Source: Neophaeotheca triangularis
Taxonomy: Eukaryota
Direction: 5' to 3'
DNA: 35,321 nucleotides
NCBI GenBank assembly: GCA_054600435.1
Contig: BAAIJX010000056.1
Coordinates: forward strand, 124,001-159,321
Shown here piece by piece: positions 1 to 9,068 of this stretch (its first letter is position 1; each line of letters starts with the position of its first letter). The notes below the pieces were generated by a model. That model was not told the DNA's origin and did no database searches. It saw only the letters and a list, made by a program, of their open reading frames with translations. Both the position numbers and the translations under genes were made by a program.

Positions 1-166
1 TGTGTGCTGGGTTGGAAGGGCTCGAGGTTGGATCGCTTGGAGGGGGTGGGCTGGGAATGGAGTTTTTAGGAGGTGCTTCTGCGGCGGAGTTGGTTCTTGG
101 TTTGCTGCGGCATTCACCGGAGCTTGCTTTGATGTTCCGATGCGCTGGAGAGGCTTTCAAGTTCAT
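1..166 (-). CDS. Possible 5' end of a gene running off the left edge (Pro/Ser-rich N-terminus)
   Basis: ATG at 166 on the minus strand opens a frame (MNLKASPAHRNIKASSGECRSKPRTNSAAEAPPKNSIPSPPPPSDPTSSPSNPAH) with no stop before the window edge. No family motif recognised. Confidence 0.3.
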   Translation of the reverse strand, partial: MNLKASPAHRNIKASSGECRSKPRTNSAAEAPPKNSIPSPPPPSDPTSSPSNPAH

Positions 167-354
167 GCTAATTGAGAATCGGAACGGGGGCTTGTACAAT
201 TTACCTGTCTTGTATTAACGTACATATGTGCTTCAAATGCCCAACTGGCATAAAGCTCAAGCGCTCTCTGGGTACGAAGCATGTTCGAAGCATCAACTCA
301 CCCTTTGGAAACCGACTACCCAGCCTCCAACCAGACGCCGTCGGCTAAACCAAC

Positions 355-987
355 TCACAGCTTCTCTGCCAAAGCCACGCCGTAGTAGATCATAGCAAAA
401 GTACCTAGCAAGTTGGCGGCGGACGACATCCCATGCAGCTTCCCAAACGACGAGTTGAGGCGAGCCATCTCAGCAGACTTGGGACCAGCGTCATAGTACT
501 TCTTGCCATCCCTCGTCTCTGTATGAAATACATCAGCGTCTACTCCGACGATCGCGACCACTGGCTCAGCCACAGACTCACCTTGATGCTTCCTTTCCCG
601 CATGACCTTGGTCGTAGCCGGCCCCAGCACAAGCAAGTTCAACGCGCTCGTAAAGAACATGAGACCAATCGGCACCAGCGCACTCCAAGTGTTATCAGGA
701 TGCAGCAGTCCGCGGTAGCCGGTGTTCCGCCTCGCTTCGCCGAGCCCGGCAGCTGCCGCTATCCTCTCGCCCGGAAATGTGAGTGCGAGGACTACTGGCA
801 GGGCTGATTGGAAAGCAAAGTAGGGCGGAAAGATGGCCTGTTGGAGTGTAGAGAATGATGGCCGGGACAGTGCTTTATAGGCTATGGGTCCGTTCATGAA
901 GGTTTGGAAGAGGTTGCTGCCCAGGAGGGTGCTGTAGGAAAGCACATGGTAGACCTTGGGGTCTGAGAAGGATTGAGTGCCTGGCAT
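355..987 (-). CDS. DUF4149 / TMEM205-like membrane protein, about 189 aa, 2 exons
   Basis: Exons 987-582 and 518-355. Intron 581-519 (63 nt, GTGAGT...GCTGAT...ACAG). Several hydrophobic helices, and motifs FQTF..GPIAYKALSRPSFSTLQQAIFPPYF and LNSSFGKLHGMSS typical of fungal DUF4149 proteins. Confidence 0.8.
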   Translation of the reverse strand: MPGTQSFSDPKVYHVLSYSTLLGSNLFQTFMNGPIAYKALSRPSFSTLQQAIFPPYFAFQSALPVVLALTFPGERIAAAAGLGEARRNTGYRGLLHPDNTWSALVPIGLMFFTSALNLLVLGPATTKVMRERKHQGESVAEPVVAIVGVDADVFHTETRDGKKYYDAGPKSAEMARLNSSFGKLHGMSSAANLLGTFAMIYYGVALAEKL

Positions 988-1345
988 GTTGGAGATTCGA
1001 TGTCGCTTTGACGAGGGATGTCTTGCACAGATTATGCGTGTTTCTCAATAGTTTTAAGAGTTGTGTCAAGGTCGAGAGTTTCGAGAGGCAATCCAATATG
1101 AATGTTCGAGGCGTGGTGGCGTCACCATATCTAATTACCCGAAACAGCTTAGTTGATCCCTACTAGCGCGTCACTAGCGTGTTTCTGCCTGGCTCGAAGT
1201 GAACGTTCTATCGCGTTGGCTGCCTGGCTGCCTGCCTACCTGCAGCATTACTTATGTATTGATACAAGTTACCTTAGGTTACGTGATGGTCTAAACTTTG
1301 CCATGATCCTACACTCCCTCCGACATTCTTCTCAGATACCCCATC

Positions 1346-3538
1346 ATGGCGATGAAAGAAGCGACTGTCTACATTGTAGACTTGGGCTCTTCCATGGCCG
1401 AGGTTGGCAGCGGCCGTGAAGACAACAACCTGAATTTCGCCCTCGAATATGTCTGGGACAAAATCACAGCAACTGTGGCCACGGGTCGGAAGACCACCTA
1501 CGTTGGTGTCCTCGGACTGCGTACCATGCAGACCGAGAACGAACTCGAAGACGACCCGGATTACGCCAACATCTCCGTTCTCATGGATCTTCAGCAATGC
1601 GAACTGCCGCAGCTACGGAAGCTGAAACGAGATCTTGTCGTCAGTGACAGCGCAGCGGGTGATGCGATGAGTGCATTGGTCGTCGGGATCCAGATGATCT
1701 CCAAACACTGCAAAAAGTTGAAGTATCTGCGGCGCATAGTACTCGTCACGGATGCCAAAGGTCCCATGCAAACCGACGACATTGGAGCAATTACGTCGAA
1801 ACTTCAGGATGAAGGCATCGAGTTGACTGTTCTCGGCATCGATTTTGATGATGCCGAGTACGGTGTCAAGGAGGAGAGCAAGGACACTTTGAAAGCTGGG
1901 AATGAGGAGGCGCTCAAAGCACTATGTACCGACTGCGGCGGTAACTTTGGCACTTTGTCGCAAGCAGTCAGCGAACTGGGAATTCCAAGGGTCAAGTCTG
2001 TCAAGCCAATACCCTCGTACAAAAGCTACCTCACCCTCGGCAATCCTCATGATTATGACACGGCATTTTCAATCGACGTCGAAAGATATCCGAAAACCAT
2101 GGTTGCCGCGCCACCGTCATCGTCCAAGTTCGTAATTCGCAAGGACCTTGCGTCTGAGGAAGCCACCCAGGCAACCATGTCAAACGGCGAGTCGAGTGGC
2201 AATAACGATGGTCTCACGTCTGTACAAACAGCTCGGACTTATCAAATCGAGGATGAAAACGCTCCCGGCGGCAAAAGAGATGTCGACAGAGACGAGCTTG
2301 CTAAGGGATACGAGTACGGCCGGACTGCAGTTCACATCTCGGAGAGCGACCAGAACGTAACAATGTTCGAGGCAAAGCAAGGCCTCGACATCGTCGGCTT
2401 CGTGGACAGCAAACTCTACGAGCGCTACCTTGACATGTCCCGATCGAACGTCATCATCTCCCAGCGAACAAACGACAAGGCTTCAATGGCGCTCTCTTCC
2501 TTGATCTGGGCCCTTGCCGAGACCAATTCGTACGCTGTAGCTCGAATAGTGCCAAAGGAAAACAAAGACCCAAAGATCCTCCTACTCGCCCCAAGTATCG
2601 AACCCGAATTCGAATGTCTGTACGACTTCGAGCTTCCCTTCGCCGAAGACGTGCGAAGCTACCGCTTTCCACCCCTCGACCGCGTCGTGACCGTCAGCGG
2701 CAAACACATCGAAGTCCACCGCAACCTCCCCAACGACGACCTCATGACCGCCATGAGCGACTACGTCGACAAAATGGACCTCACCACTTTCGGCAAAGAC
2801 GACGAAGGCCAAGCTACCGAATACGCCCCCATGGAAGACACCTACAGCATCATGCTCCACCGCCTGAACCAAGTAATCAAGCACCGCGCCGTGCACCCCG
2901 ACGACGAGCCACCCCCACCCTACGAGATCTTAACGCAATACTCGCAACCCCCAAGCGAGCTACTCGAGCAAGCCCGCCCAGCTCTAGACGCCCTCGCAGC
3001 CGCCGCCGACGTAAAAAAGGTTCCCCCCAAAGCCAAGGGTAAGCGCTACGGCCGCAAAGCCGAAGCTCCCAAACCGCTCTCCGACCTTGATGTCAACGCG
3101 CTGCTGGCCTCCGACCCGCGTCGCAAGCAAAAACGCATAGATGCTCGCAACGCTATACCGGAGTTCAAAGACATTCTCGCCAATGCAGAGGCCATGGAGG
3201 AAGTGCAGGATGCTTGCCAGCAGCTGGGACGGATTGTTTGCGATCTGGTCGAGAAGAGTGTGGGGGATAGTGGGTATGGGAGGGCTGTGGAGGCGCTGAG
3301 GGTCATGCGGGAGGAGGCGGGCGAGCAGGAGGAGCCGGGGCTGTACAATGAGTTTTTGAGGGGTTTCAAGGTCAAAGTGCTGGGTGGGGAGTTGGGGGGC
3401 GAGAGGCGGGAGATGTGGTGGAAGGTTCGGCAGAATCGGTTGTCGTTGATTTCGAAGAAGGAGAGCGAGCAGAGTGCCGTTAGTGAGGAGGAGTCCAAGG
3501 CCTTTCTCAATATGAAGCCTGCTGCGACGACGGAGTGA
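1346..3538 (+). CDS. KU80: Ku80, NHEJ DNA end-binding subunit (ATP-dependent DNA helicase II subunit 2), 730 aa, apparently intronless
   Basis: N-terminal vWA start KEATVYIVDLGSSM, Ku core motifs LAKGYEYGRTAVHIS and ELPFAEDVRSYRFPPL, and C-terminal domain IDARNAIPEFK...ALRVMREE...YNEFL. One continuous ORF. Confidence 0.95.
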   Translation: MAMKEATVYIVDLGSSMAEVGSGREDNNLNFALEYVWDKITATVATGRKTTYVGVLGLRTMQTENELEDDPDYANISVLMDLQQCELPQLRKLKRDLVVSDSAAGDAMSALVVGIQMISKHCKKLKYLRRIVLVTDAKGPMQTDDIGAITSKLQDEGIELTVLGIDFDDAEYGVKEESKDTLKAGNEEALKALCTDCGGNFGTLSQAVSELGIPRVKSVKPIPSYKSYLTLGNPHDYDTAFSIDVERYPKTMVAAPPSSSKFVIRKDLASEEATQATMSNGESSGNNDGLTSVQTARTYQIEDENAPGGKRDVDRDELAKGYEYGRTAVHISESDQNVTMFEAKQGLDIVGFVDSKLYERYLDMSRSNVIISQRTNDKASMALSSLIWALAETNSYAVARIVPKENKDPKILLLAPSIEPEFECLYDFELPFAEDVRSYRFPPLDRVVTVSGKHIEVHRNLPNDDLMTAMSDYVDKMDLTTFGKDDEGQATEYAPMEDTYSIMLHRLNQVIKHRAVHPDDEPPPPYEILTQYSQPPSELLEQARPALDALAAAADVKKVPPKAKGKRYGRKAEAPKPLSDLDVNALLASDPRRKQKRIDARNAIPEFKDILANAEAMEEVQDACQQLGRIVCDLVEKSVGDSGYGRAVEALRVMREEAGEQEEPGLYNEFLRGFKVKVLGGELGGERREMWWKVRQNRLSLISKKESEQSAVSEEESKAFLNMKPAATTE

Positions 3539-3938
3539 TGCGTGGGGTGTGCAGTGCGAGGAGGGGAGTTCCCCTAGCGCAAGTGTTTGCTGGTTATTTG
3601 CTGCGAGTGGTTGATACCCAATAGTACTAGGTTCGAACTTTGCCGGGCGTTTATGATTGCTGCTGCCACGGTGCGAGGCCGCTCTAGACTGCTCCAATCG
3701 CGGCCGGAACCGGATGCCTTCCTCAAAAAGGTCTTCGAAAAGAGTCTTCAGAAGCTCCAGGAATCAACAGTGATGGCAGACACGGGGAGTAATGCTTACT
3801 ACACGAACCGAAAAGCTACGCTACCGTTAGAGAACCATGACAACGCTACAGCATTCCCACCATTCCCAGCAATCTCAGAAAGTCGACATTGACAAACCAA
3901 AGCCAAACCTGCCCATCCTCCTCCCCACCCACAATCCA

Positions 3939-6145
3939 TCAAACTACCCCCTTCGACTCAAAAGACCCCGACCTCGCCCTCTGCCGCCTGCCCCCCTTCG
4001 GCTCCTCACAACAAACCCCCATGACCTCAAAAACATCCCCAAAATGCTCCATATTCAGCGTCTGCCCCTCATGCTCGGCCAACAACACAGCCATCTTAAC
4101 CGTATTCTTAATCTGCCGACCATTAAGCTCAGGCCGTGCGAGAAGGGCGACATCAGCATCATGGACATTATTCGGCAGACGGCGAAGGAAGGTCTTCCAG
4201 ACGCTGGAGCGCGCGCTCGCGTCCAAGTCGGCAAACGACAGCGTCATGTCGATGCGCGAGTGGAAGGCTTCGTCGAAGTGGATGGGCCGGTTGGTCGTGA
4301 GCAGCATGATGCCGGTGAAGTTTTCGAGCTCGCGGAGGAAGACGGCGACGCGTTTGCTGCGCGCCGTGGCTGCGTTGTCGCGCGTTTCGAGGAAGGCGTC
4401 GGCTTCGTCCATCAGGAGCACTGCGTTCCAGTGTTCGGCCCGTTGCAGGAGGCGGGCCAGAGCTTCTTCTACTTGGACGTCGTTGCCTTCTTCTGGGAGC
4501 TCGCTGGCGTGCACCGTGTAGAGGGGGAGGTGCATTTTGTCGGCTATGGATTGGGCTGTTAGGGTTTTGCCTGTGCCTGGGGGGCCTTGGAGGAGCATGA
4601 TGAGGCCTTGGCCTGGTTGTGGGGTCAGTTTAGGTATGTTTGAGACGGGTATACAGTTGGGCGCTTGCCTTTGCCCTGGATGAAATCATCAAAACGAGGT
4701 CCTTGCTTCTGATTGCGTTCGACGAGAGCGTGAATCATTCTTTTGCGGCGATTGGACATGACGAGCTGGTCAAAGGCTTGGTCGTTCCATACCATGTCGC
4801 TGATGTTGTCAACCTCGAACGACGCCCATATCTTCGTGCTCAGTGAGAAGCCGCGCACAACAGATCGACAGCGTGCGAGTTGCCACTCATTTTCGGGCTC
4901 GGGTGTCTCGTCAGCTTCTTCGTTGGGAGCACACGGGTCCCTCAGACTCAAGGCAGCGTCATCAGGAAATGAACCTTCGGGCAGATGCGGTGATGATGCC
5001 CTGTAAAGTCCAGACGGGTCGGAGTGGATCTTGGAGAACTCGGCTTGATCGACAATGATACGTCCGTCGACCCAAGTCGCACCGGCGCATCCCATTTTGG
5101 CGAAGCCGCTGTAGATCCAACAGGAGCCATCTTGAATGGATAGCGCCCGACGACCGCGCTCGACCAAAGCTTTTGTCAAGCTCCCAGCTTCTGGATGGAG
5201 GTCATAGGGTATGGCTGGAAGATCTGTAATGGCCAGAGTGCCAGCGAATCGATTCACCGAGACAGTGTGAGCGCGGGAGGTGCCGTGCGGCCAGTCTTCG
5301 TGGGTGAGTTCGATTTCCGTATGTTCGGTTTCACAACCAGAATTTTCAAACGAGAACACCTTGGCAGGAGTCTTGATCTTCATAATGTGAGCCGTGCCGT
5401 CAAGCGGACAGAACGCCATGGATTTTCGCGGGTACAGCGTCCATAACAGATCGTATGTGATCAAGCCTCGCGGGACTAGATTGTCCCGGTCTTTGATGAT
5501 GTTGGTGACGCCTTTGTTGACTATATCGAACAGCGCTTGGACATGTTCGCGAGTCACGGGGTCGAAACAGCTTTCCATCTTGCAGACTAGAGCGTCCCAG
5601 TGGAAAAAGAGGCTCTTGAAGGGCGGCCGAAGCGTGTAATTGGTTCTTCCAATGGTGAAGTCTTCCAGGACATCTTTCAAAAACTCTTTGAGCTGCTCGC
5701 TGCGTACGTTGATGGAAGAGATGTCGAATGAGGTATCATCTCCGGTCTTGTTCGTGAGGTAGTACACTGTCAAGGCATGCTTGGCCGCAGACGTCTTCTC
5801 GACTCGTTTGGAGACGGCTGCCGGTGGCTCTGACACCCAATTGGTGCAACATCCGCACCGTCGAGGTCCTTCATACAAATGCTTGACGACGACACCTTTC
5901 TCTTCGAACTTCCCATCGGCCCCTTCGTCATTGGCAACGAACGGACACACCGGTATTGATGGTGGCGAGAGTGCTTCATACCCAGGTGTGAAGTCGACAT
6001 CAACGAATGAGCTGGAATCGTCTTGATCACACTTGCAATGCTTGCGGCTTTTACTCTTCTTCTTGCTTTTCTTGCTCTTCTTGGATATCAAGGGCTGAAA
6101 CTCGTTGGAACACGTAAAGGGATCCATGGTATTGCCGAGAGTCAT
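3939..6145 (-). CDS. Fungal AAA+ ATPase with long N-terminal region (DUF7025-type family), about 716 aa, 2 exons
   Basis: Exons 6145-4669 and 4612-3939, joined by a 56-nt GC-AG intron (4668-4613), give DDFIQGKGQGLIMLLQGPPGTGKT (Walker A). Also Walker B LLMDEAD, sensor-1 LTTNR, Arg finger SRI and LNGRQIKN. The start could alternatively be the second Met (MDPF). Confidence 0.85.
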
Positions 6146-6189
6146 CTCAGTCCCGTCACAATGTAGCTACACTCAGCAACACATGGAAG

Positions 6190-6583
6190 AAGAAAGGATA
6201 TGAACCAGAAGTGAAGAGCAGATAGCCCCTCTTTTGTGCCGGCGTACAGTACATAATCCAGCCTTGCCTTCAAGGCAGACGACGTGGCACCATAATATTG
6301 CAGCTCAAGAGCTCGCCATGCATTGTAGCACACTCATTGGGGCGTCTGCCTTGAAGCTGTATCAGGAGCATGCGGCCGAGGAGCTCCAACCAGCGAATCT
6401 ATGCTCATGTGCAGCACAGTAGGCGACCACGTAGCACAGGGCTTCGAATGAGGGTGGCCTGATTTCGAGTGGTAGGACGGAACCTAGCGAGGACTCCAGC
6501 TGCGTCCAAAGGCGATCATCTGGTTGGACGGCAAGTAGACCGGTGTGAAAGAGAGCGGGTGTAAAGGTCGAAGATGAGGCCAA
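6190..6583 (-). pseudogene. Possible degenerate HET-domain gene fragment
   Basis: Minus-strand frame reads GLLAVQPDDRLWTQLESSL...PPSFEALCYV, and restoring a TG dinucleotide gives YVWS. A shifted frame continues with YNAWRAL...HFWF. This resembles the HET N-terminal pattern RLL.L.P...L...PP.YEALSYVWG...NL..AL...FWID. Frameshifts and stops are present. Confidence 0.35.
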
Positions 6584-7561
6584 GTTCGCTCGAGCTGGGC
6601 CTTGACCCTACCTGCTTGCCCCACTCTGGACGCTGCCAAGGATCACAGACTTGACCTGCCTTTAGATCAGCTCATACCGAATGTTGACAGCGAATGGTGA
6701 CCTTTGCAGAACCGGTCAAAGTAAATGCCTATCGGAATGGAATGTCACTGTTGACTGTGCCTCTTCAATCCCCACTATAAGCGAATTTTAGGGGTTACTT
6801 GCTTCAGATCACCCCTGGACGACAGTCGACGTTCCCTGTGAAAACTCCATCGCAGTTGAGCTGGATTTCAGACCCGATGTCTGGCTCCAAATAGTCCGTG
6901 TTTTTCTTCTTCTCGGGGATTGGGCTTAGACGAAAATGCGGGTCGCTTTCTCCTGGCCCAAACCACTGTCTGGGCGTGGAACCTTGTTACCTTTTGACCG
7001 GTCGTACAGGCGCCCAGGCTTGACGTGTTGATATCCAGCTCCAGACAGTAGCTAAGACCGGCTGTTCAAGCTTCGCCCGGTAAGAGTTTGCTCCTGCTAA
7101 TGCATCCTACCAGTCGACCTGGTGCTACGGTGTGTAACATGCTGCGCGTACTCTAAGGAGTGATTCGTGACCACATGTCAGCTTGGAAATGTTCTCGGGG
7201 AGATGGAGATGCCCTGTCATGACATTCACCATACTTGACCGGTAGAATATCACTCTACTCCCGTTTTGTGTCTTTTTGGCAAGACTGTGAGGACGAGCGA
7301 CTTGTCTCGAAAGTGAACTGCATCTCTTCGCCGACAGATCAAAGCTGTCTCGGGGTTGGAAGTTGAAACAGCGCGAGCCGCAGACTTGGCTTCAAAGCAT
7401 CGCGAACAACAGGCTGGATGTTCCACAGACGAAGTTGTTGTCATTGACGTGTTCGCTTGACACCAATTCAGCAACCATCAAATCATAGCAACATCGCATC
7501 TGCCGAAACATAGCATCATACCGTCACAATACTCCACCCCCACCCTCCCCCCACCTGCAAC

Positions 7562-8128
7562 TCAATACTTCAACATCCCCGCCATCCCCAAATTCGTCTC
7601 CCCTACCCCCTGCCCCCTGGCCGCCTGCACCAACCCATCCAACCAATCCTGATGCCCCAACAACATCATATTCGGCTTAACGCCCTCCAACTGCGCCGCG
7701 GGCTTCCCAATCTGACTCTCCTGAGTCAAAATCCTACAGCGCCCATGCTCCAAATCCTCCACAAGCCACGCATGATAAACCTCGACCCTCTCATCCTCCC
7801 CGCCCTCCAACTTCGCCGACCACGCCAAACGCCCTGCCCGTCCTTGCTCGGGGGGCTGGCATTCTTCAACAGGACACTCGAGAACGGGGAAGCCGAAAGT
7901 GCTGAATTTGAACACGGCGCCTTTTGTCAGGACTGGGTTGGCCGGGGGTGGGGTTATTTCAGCGACGTTTTTGTAGTAGCTGGGCCATTTTGAGATGTTT
8001 ACGAGTAGGTCCCAGATTTGCGAGGCGGAGACGTTGGAGACGATGCGTTCGTTGCTGACCCAGTTGTCTGTGGTTCCGGGGAGGAAGTGGTGGGGCCAGA
8101 CGATTGCGGATTGGGTTGGGTTGGACAT
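7562..8128 (-). CDS. SRPBCC / polyketide cyclase-dehydrase (helix-grip fold) family protein, 188 aa, intronless
   Basis: Single ORF with motifs AIVWP...LPGTTDNWVSNE, WPSYY.N, F.FSTFGFP, HAWLVEDL..GR.RILTQESQ.G and PN.M..GHQDWLDGLV, which I recall from a bacterial SRPBCC subfamily. Confidence 0.8.
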   Translation of the reverse strand: MSNPTQSAIVWPHHFLPGTTDNWVSNERIVSNVSASQIWDLLVNISKWPSYYKNVAEITPPPANPVLTKGAVFKFSTFGFPVLECPVEECQPPEQGRAGRLAWSAKLEGGEDERVEVYHAWLVEDLEHGRCRILTQESQIGKPAAQLEGVKPNMMLLGHQDWLDGLVQAARGQGVGETNLGMAGMLKY

Positions 8129-9068
8129 TGTGATTGGAAAAGGTGGTGTTGCTGTTTCGTCTCCTCTCCTCTTTGAATGCCCTAGATGTAACTAACCTCT
8201 GTCGTCTTTGCCTAGAACAGGAGTAGGAGTTAGGTCGGTACTCTAAGAAGGCTTCTTGAATACAGCCGAGGCACGTCGATGATTGTTCTTTGTTAGCTAG
8301 AGGTAGCTCCTACTTGTATGTCTGGACTCAGGATGGCTCAAGGTATTGTAAGACTGATGTGTCGCCTCATTCACTCTCATTATTGCTAGGTATTGCCATG
8401 CATGTCCATCCGTAACATCCGGTTGCTAGCGTAAGGAACGGAAAGCTTATACGGCTACGGCCAAGTACCTAGGTAGTATTTGGACTCTCCCCGCCAGGTC
8501 TGGAGGCTCGAAGCGACATGACGTCGTAGAGATCTGCACCAGGATACCTACCCAAGTAGTACCTACCTGGAAGAAACAGGTCACGTTAAACGAGGTTGAT
8601 TGGCAGTCTTGACCGGTATTGATGGATGATAACTTGATAACTGTTGCAATTTTAATGAATAGGATTGTTCAATCCTACCTACATCTCACAGTGCTGCGAC
8701 TCTTCTAGAACCAGCCCTACGACACTATGGGTACCCGTGGACCTTAATCCTACCCCATTGCACTTGCATCATCAGTTGTGAATGACGAACTTGGGCTTGT
8801 GTGGATCTGGAATCAACATTGAACCGTCTCCCGCGGAAGAGGTACATGCCACCGACGATTTGATTTCCATCCTGTTCACTTTGAGAACCTACCTAGTGCT
8901 AGCAAAGTTCCCTCACCTACGTAACCGGCGATTGTAATCATAATCATCTTGATCGCAGCACCTGGAGGAAACTAACAACCACAAGCAAACCCTCCCTGAC
9001 CCTTCATCCAAACCAACCGCTAGCAGTCAATACCACCCCTCCCCCTACCCCTCCCAGACGACACAAAC

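Noticed and set aside
2582..3697. Long antisense and alternative-frame ORFs over KU80 (e.g. 2984-3697, 3046-3510, 2614-3042)
   Set aside because: Shadow ORFs caused by high GC and skewed codon use within a clearly identified gene; no motifs.
3837..4562. Plus-strand ORFs of 241 and 210 aa
   Set aside because: Antisense to the AAA ATPase exon that carries intact Walker motifs.
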